The notes under the pieces were generated by a model. That model did not search any database. It saw nothing but the letters and a program-made list of their open reading frames with translations, and had not been told where the DNA came from. From Tubiluchus corallicola (taxonomy: Eukaryota; Animalia; Priapulida), in the NCBI GenBank assembly GCA_030141605.1, contig JAQGDQ010000111.1:124001-188000 (forward strand): 64,000 nucleotides of DNA, given 5' to 3'. Position numbers and translations under genes: made by a program. This document shows positions 35,801 through 49,528 of the stretch, in pieces (position 1 is the first letter of the stretch; each line of letters begins with the position of its first letter).

Positions 35801-37019
35801 AAGGTCTAGGTTACTTTTTCTTGTCACTAGTTTTTCAGGGGTTACATGATGGTTATTTTTTGTGACAGTATGTGGCTGCGTCTAACTGTATGTATCTGTC
35901 AAAATTGCAGTTTTGACAGTACCGTCCTGACATATTCTGTTGTGGAACTTGCATTAGTGTGTAGTGTGCCAACTGTTTTATGAACATTCGTTAGGGTAAT
36001 AGGGTAACCACGTGCTTAAAAGACATTTACATATATTTATAATGACGACATACAACGTGTTGATTAATTTTGTTTATTATCGTAATTTCACCGCTACTAG
36101 TTATTGATCAACTCTACATTATTGTTGAATTTCTGAAACCAAGCTTGATCACATAAAAGGAAACGTGAAAGATTCGAATCAGAGACATCCAGGGACTTTT
36201 GGATTCTAAAGGAGTGTGTAACACTCACTGGCACATCGTTATTGTTACGCGCCGTTTCGGAACTCATGCACTTGTCTCTGTGCCGTGCGTCCCTGGCAAA
36301 ATGGGATGATATTTATCAAAATGAGGTGAAATCTTGCAATGGCTTTTAGTCATATCATACACAAACATTTTCCCTACAGGAAACCTGAACCTCCCAAACA
36401 AACAGAATCAGCGAAATTGTCCCGTTCCTTGTTTGCTTTGATGTTGTCCGAGTTGGCATGTCAACAGAGCGAGGATACTGTTTCTTGCCCGATTGTTGAC
36501 TGTCATTGGACAGAGTGTTTTCTGAAGTTGAAATTTTGATGGATTGGAAGCACCCGTAATGTGTTACTGATGTTGCTTCAATGTTTCTTTGTTACAAAAT
36601 CCTGCCATTTTAGGTTTAAGTTGAAGATCCTTAGACAGTAGCCTTTTAGAGGTTTGCAATTTTATTCTTGTATGACCTGAGTCAAAGATCTTATGACAGT
36701 GGCGTGTTAAAGGCTTTATAGGCTTATTGCGGTATGGCCTGCCTATAATTATGCTTCGGCGTGAGGTTAGCCTCATCTAGCTGACTTATAGACTAAAACT
36801 GTGGTAATTTTTAAGTTGTAAGTGTCACAGTCGTTTATTTAAGTAACCTTACTAGCATTTAGATAAGGACATTAACAAATATTTTGCATCAAGAAGATAT
36901 CTGATCATTTGACATTTGATTAGATGAGCTAACATTATAGTTAAGACCAGACATGCGTTAACATTATAAACGTTACATATATACATATAGTTATGTAATT
37001 TCCCATTTTTGTTTTGTAG

Positions 37020-37145
37020 ACTGGATTGAAACCGTCAGCTAGTCCTCCAATCATTGAAAGGGTTAATGACATCAATGGCGATCCGTTGACCAATGGAAAT
37101 GGTCGTGACAGTGACACATCTTCCTCGGAGGAGACTGCTTCCCAG
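37020..37145 (+). CDS. Internal 126-nt phase 0-0 exon of the unidentified gene (TGLKPSASPPIIERVNDINGDPLTNGNGRDSDTSSSEETASQ)
   Basis: Strong acceptor cccatttttgttttgtag| and donor CAG|gtaaga; open reading frame; GC content higher than the flanks. Confidence 0.6.
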
Positions 37146-39440
37146 GTAAGATGGCTTCTTTACCTGAATGAAGCTGATTGTGCAGGATGAATATATTTAT
37201 ATGGGAAAAGATGCTGCAGAAAACTAATTAGTCACAGTAATATCTCATATTGCCAAATAAATATGATCAAGTTCGAAAGAAACACACAAGTTGCAAGTTT
37301 TATTTATTACAGATGGCTTAATGTCACTTTTATGATTTAAATTGTTACCTTCATCGTGGGAACCTGCTAAGGCGATGCCAAAAAACTTGCAAGTGCACAG
37401 TTTTCAAACTAAAATAATATGATTTTATCGATGCTCAACCACCATTATATCATATCAAATTCGATGCCATTAATATAAATTATATAACAAATAATGATAG
37501 TGATTTGCATGTTTACCCGTGTGTAATTTTCCATAATAACCGACCGGATTATGTATTGCCACATCCTGTACGTGTTTGCTGTTGGATTTTGTTAGCTGGT
37601 GCATTATAATTTGCTAATAAATCATCTTCAACACGGCGACTCACTCTCACTGTCCGGTGTTGTTTTGTCAGGGAAAAAAACCCGCATAATTTATAGTAGG
37701 GTCACTGAGGCGAAGATACTTTCAACTGGTTTTTGGCATTTTTGCTCTCTTAATTTCACACTAAATACCTACTGGTGGGTGGATCCATCATGCCCTGGTG
37801 CAAGATTTCTGATTCAGAAAAATTTCCTGAAAAATCCAGGCACGACGTGAACGGCTTTTTTATTTTTTAACAAGGTTCTAGAAGTTCACAGCACGCGGCA
37901 TTGGCCGAACATTTTTCCCGCCATTGCTTGCAGCGCTGCCTTTCGGCTGCGAACGCTAACGTTTACGAGATTCGTGGCTAGCCGAGGACCCTAAAAATTC
38001 CTGGCGTTATTATTGTGAGATTATATAGTTTTATAACAGCAGTTAGCAGTGAAAAATTTCGCCTAAATAATAACAAGGCGTGGATTGCTGATGTACTAGC
38101 TTCAGGTCTAGTTTGTGGATCACAATGGACAGGTTGGTTTTATGCTCAAGACTTGTGATTATGGAGTTTATCACGATGCGCTGCACAACGTATAGTTTAC
38201 GACCACATTTTATTTATTCGCTGTTCTCTGCAGCGGATTTATTCCCCTGTTTTTAGAATTATCTCTTTTATGGGTTCTTTTTGATTTGTTTTTACGCACA
38301 TTAGAGCTGTTAATTTCGAGTTTGCAGCCAGTGTTGAAAACTTGAAATTTTTCGCACACATGCAGGGGTTAAAATTCGTATCTTTTGCATTCCAGAGGTG
38401 TGCTTTAACCATTTCGCTGCAGAACAACTTTAATTTCCTGGACTCAGAAATTTATTATTGTATCGCTGAGGAAAAGTTGACTGACTATGTGGCTGTTAAA
38501 ATATTACTCGAATAGTTTAATTAATTTAGAGTTGCATAAGTAAGTTAAAAATGCCGAAAACTCTTTTCGGCCACTGGTATTCGAACCCAGAACTCGCATT
38601 TTCGGCTCGCTAAGGTTAGCTAGCTGAGGTAATTACTATGACAGTCTTTTGTAGGTGCACAAGAGGTGGCTCTTATGTAACAGGTTCCGGTTCCTTATAG
38701 TAAAGTCTGTTCGGGCCTTAAATGACTTTGTCATCTTGAATTTTATCTTCAGTTTGCGTAATTGCTAATGTTTGGCACTAGTTACCCTGTAATTCTGATA
38801 GGTTACAAGATTCGAGGGCAGGGATGATGTACGCTGACTGGAACACCCGCTTGCTGGAAGCGCAGTTTATGAATTGTAACCAGTAGTGAATAGAAATTAT
38901 GAATGAACTATTTTTCCAAAGGCGCAGCTGTTTTAATGTGTTTATTGGCATGCCACAAGCCGGCCGGTCGAGTGGGTGGGGTCACTGTCGGAAACGGCCA
39001 TTCTGGAATGTCAACGTGCGTGAAGGTCGTCTGCCAGGGGACAAAAATCTGGTTGGTCAATGGATGAGCCAAGTATCCGGTGCATTTAATGCATTTAATA
39101 GTTTGTGCTGCGGCACGCGACGATTTGGACATGTTTGGACAGTTGCGAAAGAGTTAATAAATTTGCTGTGGTTCTGCTACTTTCTTCTTTGTATCAAACG
39201 AATTGACAAGATTGACAAATTGCTGTTTTGCGTGGGCTCGCCGTTATTTCAGTTACTTTTCATCGCTAGAAGAGAGAGAGAACTTTCAAACCATTGTCCT
39301 CGCTCATTAGTTTGCTGAGAGTTTTTACTGATACCTTAGTTATGATAAGAAATTTAGGAGCTAATCGATTCTACAAAGAACAGAAAATAGCATTTCTCAT
39401 AACACGAGCGCACTTGTTTCATTTTTAGTGAACTGTAACT

Positions 39441-39801
39441 CCGTAAAATGCTTGCTTTATTTAACTACTTTGTCAGTTAGTTAGTCAGTCTGCCTGTTAG
39501 TGAGGTAGTCAGTCATTAACACACTTTTCTTGATCTTATTTGTGTGAGGCAGTTTGATCTGCGTAAAATGTTTGCTTTATGTAACTACTTTGTCAGTTAG
39601 TTAGTCAGTCCGCCTATCAATGGATCAGTCAGTCAGTCATTAATATACTTTTCTTGATCTTATTTGTGTGAAGCACTTTGATAACTGCGTAAAATGCTTG
39701 TTTTACTTAACTACATTGTCAGTTTGTTAGTCAGTGCGCCTGTCGGTGAGTCAGTCAGTCAGTATTATACTTTTCTTTATCTTATTTGTGTGAGTCAATT
39801 T
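39441..39801. repeat. Three ~120-bp tandem repeats with an internal (AGTC)n run
   Basis: Units begin CGTAAAATG at ~39442, ~39562 and ~39688 and end near TCTTATTTGTGTGA. Confidence 0.85.
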
Positions 39802-39911
39802 GGAATTAAAATTATTTTGTAGAGCACTATTTTTAGCTAATCATCAAACTAAAACAAATTGAAACATTCAAAAATCAGTTACAACAATAATTAGTATATA
39901 ATTAATGCATA

Positions 39912-40433
39912 AGTGGAACGCAGTAGTTTCCTGTTTGTTTATTTTAGAACGGAGTAAACGAATGAACACGATAGAGAAATAAGAAAAAGCTTCAATTTAG
40001 TCTTAATACAATTCGCATTCGGTTCAGAAATCCTGTATGTATGTGGCTCAGCTAACATTTTAAGAAGAGCTAAAAGTCATCAGAAATACTAAAATACCAT
40101 TACATGCCTTATGGTGCTTGCCCAAAAGCCCTTTTTGTTTTCATGCTTCGAAATTTGTAAAGGATGTTTAGGCGAACACATTCAGTTGTGTGGGTAGTTT
40201 TAATAATTTTGACTCTGCTTCAAGTGATTGGCTAAGTAGTTAAAGCTAAAACGTACACTACTTACGTACACACAGTATCCGAGAATTTCAGGCCAAGTTG
40301 TATAAGACCAAATTGCAGCTTTTTCGTATGCATATCTAAGATATCTTACATACGTATTTATTTATTATATATTTTAGTTTCTCGTAGCGTTCTTCCATTT
40401 TCTCTATTCTAAAACGGACTGTTGCGGTCCATA
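39912..40433. mobile_element. Old MITE-like element with degenerate ~60-bp inverted ends
   Basis: 39912-39980 (TGGAACGCAGTAG..TTTTAGAACGGAGTAAACGAATGAAC..GAGAAA) resembles the reverse complement of 40377-40433. Confidence 0.4.
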
Positions 40434-43400
40434 GGTGTATATGTGCTAAGTGTTTTAAATGGTTAAATACCAATTATTCCATTTATTTAGTTCAGTGCTT
40501 TAGTGGTGATCTAAGAAACGTGTTTACTTACTCCAGTAAATCCCGTCACCTGCATAACAATGAGCATTGCAATTTGTGACACTGTCTGCAGATGCGTAAG
40601 ACTGTGCTTTAACAAGTTCTTTAAAGCAAGTATCATAATATTTATGATGTAATAAGTTCAACATCATAAAATTAGTGTATAATTATATTATTTGTATATG
40701 ACCACACCGCATTAAGTTATTTTAGTTCATATAACACAATAAACTAGGGGAACTCGACCTTTTAAACTTGCTCATATTTTGCCAGTATAAAATAATTTCT
40801 CACCGTAAATTTTTTATTTACAAACTTCCGTTCGGGCAATAAATGCATTTATGGTAATGCTTATAGGGGTTTCTTCTAGTTGCGTCGTTATTTGAATGTT
40901 CTTTGTGTCGTTTTTAATGTTTGAGGAAATTAGTGAGTGAACAGACTAGTGAATGAGTTAAACGAAAAAATGAAATCGAACTAGCAAATCGATATAGAAA
41001 ATGGCTGAAGCCTAGTTTCAGAAGAGGCTTCGAAAGTAACATCAACCTTATCCAGTTCTAGGCTAACAAATAAATACATAGATCTAAGCAAAAACAGTCA
41101 AACTAATAAACAGATATCCAGGCAGACAGACGGACGGAGAGAGAGACAGACGTCCTGTCAAGCAAGGCAAACAGGTAAATAATTAAATAATCAATCAATC
41201 TGGCTATCGGCGTTAAGTGTGACATCATGAAATGTGACTGATGTCACACTTATGCAATAGACTGTCGAAAGTTTGAAATCGAGAAATCTAGCCAAAAATT
41301 TGTTTTCGTAATATTCCGAAAATCTATTGAAATAGGATCTATCCTGCTTATGTAATACGCATTCAATATTTGCTGCTTAATTGCAAGTTTTTCAACTTGT
41401 TATTTAATTTGTTACCTAATTGTCTGGCAAGTCTTAGCAACTTGCAGCTACACTTGCCTGTTAATGAGTGTTAAGTGTACACGTGTTAATATCACGTAAT
41501 AAACTGCTCTTTAGTATTCTAAGTAGGACATTTGTGAAGCGTAAGTACACTTCAAGTCATGGTATAACACGTCTGAAGTATTTGAGCCCCCGGGCAGTGT
41601 CAGCCGCTTGGACGACAGGTCCGAGTGTCACTGCTGTTTTTCAATAATTAATGGTTTGAATATAGTAGGCGCTTCCCATTGAATTAGGTGCATAGTAAGT
41701 AATGATGAAGATTATGATGGCGCAGTTATGATGATTATTTCGAGTGGCAGAAATATGCGGATGCCGTTAAAAGTTATAGAATATTTTCTATTAGATTAGA
41801 TTAGATATAGATTTAGATTTTAATTTAGTTCACATAGTACACATAGCTTATTGATGGCCTCACGTACTTGTCTTTATTTTTTTTTGTTTGTGCAATGTTT
41901 TCTAAAATATTGCTTTGAATGCATCGTACTTCACGGCAGAATATGCTGTAGTTTGCATGTGAATCAATGCATATTTTTGTTACAATCATGCAAATTAACC
42001 TACACTCCGTCAGGTAATTAAATGAGCAAACAGTGAAATGAACGAACCAATCCACCTAACCAACTTATTAATCATTCCCCAATAAAAAAACCAACAAAGT
42101 GAGTGGGTGGGAGTGTAACGAAGTAGGTGAGTGAGTAAATGACTAACTGACTGATTGACTGACTGGTTGGTTGGCTGACTAACTAACTGTCCGACGGACC
42201 AAGCAAGCAAGCAACAAATGTGTGCTGTGTATTACAATGAATCATATTCAAAGCAGATACACCGTAAATGTGTTTTATTACGAAAGATATTTAGAAAAAT
42301 CTGCTTCCATTGCTGAGATAAGATAAGATAAAATTTGTTTTGAGTGGATCAAATACATAGATAACATGAGCTGTTAAATCTTTATCGACTATAATAAATT
42401 ACTGCTTAACCTAAAACGTATGAAGCCCAAAACCTGAATTAGTGTACAATTGTCGTTGTATGTATTGTTATATACTGTTATGTACAAGAAACAATCGACC
42501 TCTTTCAGTAGTTTCTTTATTCTACATTGGTGATTAAGTGTCCACCAGCATAGTTTTTCAGACACATAAATATGCGGGCAACACTTGCCTGTTTGCGGCG
42601 CTTTGTTTAGCCGCATCGTAAACTTCACCGTTCCGCCGCAGGGCGCAGCATCGTCGCGAATAAAAACAAGCGCCGCACAATGGCCGGCAGGAAATAAAAA
42701 CTTTGCAACAAACATCACCTACCAGAGCTCTGGACTTGCATGTCGAATGAGCTGGGCATGGGCAGAATCAGGCAAAGGGGTAAGAATGATGGAACCCTTT
42801 TGTCATACTGATGAACTCCTCAAAAGCGTTGTACGAATTTTAGTTCTAAAAGCGAGGAAAGGCCTCCAAGATTTTAGTTGGAATAAAGATGGGTTTCAGC
42901 CGCTTTTTGTTATGCAGCGTCCAGTGTCTAGATACCGTCACGTGACCCACAACTCTTTCGTTACGAACTGGAAGTGATGCCGGTCCGCCTTTTATTACTT
43001 AAATTATTATAGCCCAGTGTCATCATCATGAAAACTGCTGAACCTTGTCTCTTTCACTATAACAGTGATCAAAGGAGTTGAAGAGTATTGATCTTTGTGT
43101 GCAAGGGGACACTACGCGTCCCCCAAATTGCCCCAGTTTCAGTGCTCCATCCTCGAGTTTATAAGTAAAGGTTTTATTGTGGGCGGCAAGAATGCACCTT
43201 GCAGTGTACCTTGTTTTTTAAGTGAGCGTCATCTTGGCTGTTCAGTCTGAATAGGTTTCTTTCATTGTCTTGCATGGTGATTTTTTATGCCACTTTTTTG
43301 AGATGATATTCAAAGGTGAGTTGATTATAATAAAAACGTTGCGATGAAACGTGGTGTTCTGTTATGTGTTATATTCCACTAATAAAGCATTGCAAGAATA

Positions 43401-45136
43401 AGCTCTTATACGTAAATGTCATTTGTCAGTATATATATATATATATAATATATGTGCTTATTTATTTATGTTTTTAATTATATTTATCTTTTCTATCTGT
43501 TTTCGTTTGCTTACATTTTTGTTTGCTTATACTTTTATTCATTCATTCATTTATCTGGTGCACTGCTTACTTTTTCCTTTATTTGCTTCGTCATTCAGTC
43601 ATTCACTTACTAGCACATGTCTTTTCTCATCAGTTTTTATCAGTTACTTTTCAAAACCCAGCATGCTTCCTCATGTTTACCGGATAATCGCATTCAAGAC
43701 CGTTGCTGCTTGATTAATTGAAAGTGCTCATTGTTAGATCCTGTATCGCGATCATTTTCATGTCATCAATAATATGTGCAACTGTTTCTCAAGTTTGTAC
43801 ACAATACGTTGCCTATTCTGACGTAAAACCATAAAATGTGTAGACTGCCAAATTATGCAATAATATATAGAGCGATTGCGAATACTCTTTTTAAGCACAG
43901 AATGTAAAGCTGCTCAACCACGCAATTAGCTCGTCTTTTGGCAGTTTTAGGAAGACCTTGTAGAGTTTTGAGATACATCGTGTAACTAATTAGATGAGTT
44001 AGGCCGTGCTTGCGGCCACGTTGACACACCAAAGAACATACAAGTATCTTTGGCACTTGACAACTTTGCTGTAAACTCTCACAATGCTTGTCTTTAAAAG
44101 TGATTTTGCTGGCAACCCCAGGTATGTTTTGCACCTTGTTCTTTGTGGATTGTTTAAGTGTCTATCTTAGCGTGTGTTTATAGCGAATGATTTTTATTAT
44201 TTTTTGTGACTATATCCATTCACCTGTTTTTTCAAACAGTTTTAAACGCAAACCAATTTTCCAATAATCGTGCAGGTGTGCTGGCAACAACTAAGAGGAA
44301 CTGTTCTACATAGGTAAAGCTAAAGATGCAACCTTACCTATGCAGTTAATTCTAAGCTAGTGTAGTAAAGAAGTGTAATAAGAAAATACCTTGTAATCGC
44401 TTTAGTATTTGTTGTAAAATAAAGTCCAAATTTTGTTTTTTTTGTAACTTGTTGATAGTTTGTAAATAATGTTATAACCATTTTTAAATATGAGCAAAAC
44501 AGGAGTTGTAATGTGTCGCAATCTTCAAATAAGCCCACATTCAATAATAAAAATCAATATTTTAGTTATTAAATTATTATTCAACTAGAAAACTAATTAC
44601 CAGCTGGTACACCAGTAATGTTGTTATTGTTTAAATTGTTTTTTGTTGCGGCCGTTATTGTTATTAGTGTTGCTATTCATTCGATGTTCAATTTTGAATC
44701 GATAATTCCAAAAGCTCAAAATAGCTAAACTGGAATGGTCAGTGACGTCAAAGTGCCCCGTGCATCAATCAGAAATGTCCACTCGATATCTTAATGGTAC
44801 AAGGTGCTAGGTGTGGTTTATTAGTGTGCATTTAAAAACGTGTATTTTTTTCATTCTTCCCATATGAACAGTATCTGTAACTGTTGCCATGATTAACCAA
44901 AACTTAAATAACTTCCAGTATTATTAATTCAATTTGAAAGAAATTGTCAGGAACAAATTACGACCATCATTTCGACAAGCGTCATTACGACAGGGTATTG
45001 GGTTTGTCATTCTTATGGTTATAATTTGTTAATGTCAGTTTGACCAATTTTGAACAGTAGCCAAAGTCAAGTACACAAAAAGTGATAGAAAAATGCTTCG
45101 ATGTGAGATACGTGATCAGTATCGCTGGCAGATAAG

Positions 45137-45319
45137 TTTGCCTTTCCACATATGCTCTATTTTGATTATTTTTGCATGTGACCTTTGATCCCATCTTGAC
45201 TTGGTGTCACTACGTGCTACTGAGTTAGTAAATAAGTAGCACGTGGTGACATCAAGTCAAGATGGTATCAAACATCACATGCAAAAAAAATCAAAATAGA
45301 GCATATGCAGAAAGGCAAA
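45137..45319. repeat. Long inverted repeat/hairpin (85-bp arms, 13-nt loop)
   Basis: 45137-45221 is a near-perfect reverse complement of 45235-45319. Confidence 0.9.
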
Positions 45320-47210
45320 ATTTCATTAGCGTAGTGGCGCCACAGGACTTCTGTCTAGTGGACGGTCAAGGTTTACTTAAAGGTCCTTATCCTAAAAGAT
45401 GCATAGAAAGATCAGTTTTAAGGTAGGACAGCCTGTCTTACCTTAAAAGAAAACACAGAACGAAACAACATATTGTGCACGTTATTTCAGGTCTTTTTGA
45501 CGAACTCTGTGGTCATATGCATGAATGGAAACATTTGTGCAGAATTATGCAGTGATGGCTCTGTAATGCAGTCCTTTTTGGCTGCATATGTGTGACACAA
45601 ATGAATAGCCGAAAAGTCTTAATTTTCCTTGTCTTCAACTTATTAGCCAGTGAATTAGTACACCCAGTACGTGCCCTCGCTTGACTGGAGTTCTTTGTAT
45701 GCTGTAGCTTGTCAAATGCTTCTGTGATTTGTTAATTAGTGTGGCGAATGTCAAGGTCTGCGTGATTTTTTCTTCTCTGAGGGCAACTTGTATACAGTGC
45801 ATATGCAGCCTAAAGGCAAGTTCACACTAACAAGCTGCTGTCTATAGGATGTTGACAGCTAAACGTTGCTCTAAACAACTGTGGAAAAAAACTTGTTTGT
45901 TGTGAGAATTCTGTAAGGCATTGGTTAAACGTTGCCTTTAGGAATGATGTGGTTAGTAAGCTATGTCTGCACTAATAAGACATCGAAGGTTGTATGTCCT
46001 TCTGGTTTTGTATTTGTGTGCGACGGTCCTACCTCACGTGCGTCCTTGAAGTGCGTCATGTAGGAAATCGTATGTTTCTAGATTTCCTTACACGTGGCAA
46101 CGTAATATTTTTGGTGAACTAACACATGAATAAAATAACAAATGACAAAACCGTCCAACCAAACAACTAAACAACTATTCAGTTTATCGGCTAAGGAACT
46201 ACTGGCACCTATCAATCAAACAATTTTAAACAAACCAACTAATTAGCAAGCAAAAAAATAAAAAAGCAACAGGTATATTAGCGAATGAACAGGACAAACA
46301 CATGTAAACGAACAAATGAAAACAAACACACACACGCACGCACGCACGCACACACACGCACATACACACACACTTATGAAAGAAAACAAACGAACAAAGA
46401 ATTAACAAACAAGCGAGGAATGAATGAAGCAATTTACTCCTTTAAGTGCATAATTCGGTTGAACTGAAATCACCAAAATAATTAGATTTTATCACTGTTT
46501 TAATAGCGTAGTAAACATAAATAAACAACTAACACTGAAACGTAGAGAATTCTGAGGCTTCGGTGATGATAAATATGTGCAGTCAATATTCCCGTTATCA
46601 CACAATTTGAAATTAACTGTCCTTCTGTTCCTTCTGTTCGGTTTTTGTTTGTTTTTGCTGAACTTGCTGGCCTTTATAGACTCGACGCCCAATTTTAGGT
46701 AATTCGGTCTTGCGGTTTGTCATTTGTATATTTCATTCGTGATTTCATGTATGACATACACCTGTATGGCCCAAACACTGTTGCAAATTCCTTATATTGC
46801 TAACTTGAAATTGAGCAGTAGTAGTAGTGGTTTATTTACCATAAAATTAATATCTACAATCTTTGACAGGGATAGCAGAATTGAAACATTTCATAGTCCA
46901 TTTTTTTCCTTTTCAGAAAACAGCAACATTATACAAAAGTTAAAAAAGTTCACAATGACAAATTTTCAATCAGTGTCAATGAAAAAAATATGAATATATA
47001 ATAATGACTGAGCTGAAACTAGAAGATTGTGCTCAATCAATACATACTATTTTATACCGGTTAACTGTACTGGGTCGAATGCATTAATATGCATTATATA
47101 ATATACATGCTTTTACATGTTAGATTGCACTTTTGCGTAGCCGCCACCTTTTACAACAGTAAACTTGGCTTCACAGTTTTCTAATTTAATTGAAGCAAAA
47201 ATTGTTCCCA

Positions 47211-49528
47211 TCTTACGTAAGATCTTACACAGCAGCCCAATTGATCAATGACGTAGATTCGTCATGATCATGTCCTACTGCAAGATCTTTAGCAGAATTC
47301 ACTTCATTTATTTCCCCTCACGTGGCTTTGTCCAGTACTATGCAGTACTTACATAACAATGCAATAGACCAATGACGTAGAATCATCCTGATCATGTCCA
47401 ATTGCAAGATCTCTGGCAGAATTCAATTCATTTAAGGGTCTTTATTTCCCCTCGCATGGCTTTGTCCAGTATTTGTCCAGCACTAGCATGTATTTTGCGA
47501 CCATGCTTGTTGTGCTTGCATACATGAATGCGTTTTTTATCATGTTCTAACGTTTCTCCTAGTTTTTTTAGTGTTAGATGCCTGAGAATTTTGTAGTATG
47601 GCGATTACTGATATTCATTCTGTTGTTCTGCAATAATGGAGGCCACATCATTCGGCTATTATTTTCGCATTTTTGTAATTTGGCTGTGCAGTGTTGAGCA
47701 CTCGTGAACCTCAAACACAGTGTAATATTCGCGTGATTAAATCCTTTCCAGCTAATCAATTGCTGTTGGTAGCTCTAAACAACAAATTATCTGAGTCGAA
47801 CTATTAATTTTGATTTTGTTTGGCAGTCTTGCAGGCTTATAGCCAACTTCTCCTCTTATCCCCACCAGGCTCCTCATTTAGTCAATTTTTAGAGACGTCT
47901 TTCTGTGAAACTATTCTTATCCTGACAAGTCAACCGCCCAGCTTGTAGTCAAACCTTTATTCCCATGGATAAATAAACTTACTTATTTGGATGCCTCACA
48001 ATTGTGAAATCGTATTTCTGTCAATGTATTAAACTGAAGTTTATCAGTGGGCATTTGTAGAGCAAAGGGGGCACTACTGGCGGCATCTCTGGTGATCGCT
48101 AATAAATAAATAAAATAAATTACCTAGGCGTGCGCGTTCATTGCTTTTACTAATCCAGTAGAAAGTGCTTATGATCTTTAATACTTTAATTTCTTTATTT
48201 CTGGGCAGGCCGTTTCGTCGAAAATGGGGTGCTTGTTGTTCTTGAGCGCGCCCTCTGTTGTAGCTTTGCGCAATGATATTGTTTGCATGAATTCTATGGA
48301 AACAGTTGATTAAAATGTCCATGTTAATAAACTGCCCAGCATGTGTTGGTATGGAGCTGTCAAAGAAATCTGTTACAGAATGTAGGTCTTGAAGCCTAAG
48401 CGTTTATTATAGAAGTAGTAGGTAGCCAGTTGGTGGCGCCCTAGTTGCATGTAATCATTTGGCGTAGAAAACTATAATGGCCTACTGATTGTTCAAATTG
48501 TGAAACATGCTTTCTATCTGTCTGCTTTCACATAATTACGCAAATTTTAAAATTCATTGTATCTCAGTTCGTACAAAGAGACAGAAAAGTCTTTCTTTTT
48601 TGGGGTTCGAACCCAGAACCTTTCCACTAAGTGCACTGTGCGCATCTTTGTGATTGTTTATCTATAAGTCACTTATTTTATGACATAAATAGTCTAAGAC
48701 TCTAAAGTAAGTAGTAAACAAGTGCAGCCAATGTAAATTCTATTTTTGTTTCACACTAGCGGCTCTAGGACTAATCTTCGCCTATTATTCAACTTTGCCG
48801 AACCTCGAGAGTAGCCTGAAGGAAGCTAACAAAGTGACGGTGATATAGTACTAATAAACTATTAGAATTGCTCAATAAATTGCCAACCGCAGGTGGCGCC
48901 TCTATGTATTGATGGTCCAACTTCTGCAGCAGAACTGGTTGAAGTTTTGAACTCTTCTGCGCCGCTCTTGGTATTCGTGTTAGCCTTATCATTAGGTATT
49001 TATAAATGTTTTGAACAACTTGGGGCAATACGGGACATCTTTAAAAGGGCAGTGGACACACATCGTAGAGACGGCCTCTGATTCAGTCAATACCGGGACA
49101 TCATCATCCCGACTCACTGTCAGAATTGTAACACAAGCAAACACGAATGGGCGGCTGACTCAGCGCGCAATTTTTCACAACAATAGCGTCCGGCAACTGT
49201 GTAAACAATGCAAGTAGATGGCGCGTTTACACTGTAAACAAGTGAACGTCGTAATTAACAGAGGGCTGCACCCTCGCGGGGGTATTATCTGCTGATAACA
49301 CGCCGTTACTGTCTATTTTCAATGAATCTGTGTAAACGGTCATCGCTGGAGGCTGTGGCATGGTCGCAAATACATGCTAGTGCTGGACAAATACTGGACA
49401 AAGCCATGCGAGAGGAAATAAAGGCCCTTAAATGAATTGAATTCTGCCAAAGATCTTGCAATTGGACATGATCAGGATGATTCTACGTCATTGGACTATT
49501 GCATTGTTATGTAAGATCGTAAGTAAGA
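47211..49528. mobile_element. ~2.3-kb segment bounded by long inverted repeats (foldback/non-autonomous TIR element, or two inverted MITE copies)
   Basis: 47348-47506 versus the reverse complement of 49358-49515 shows about 5 differences in 159 bp. A more diverged tandem copy lies at 47211-47340. Confidence 0.7.
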
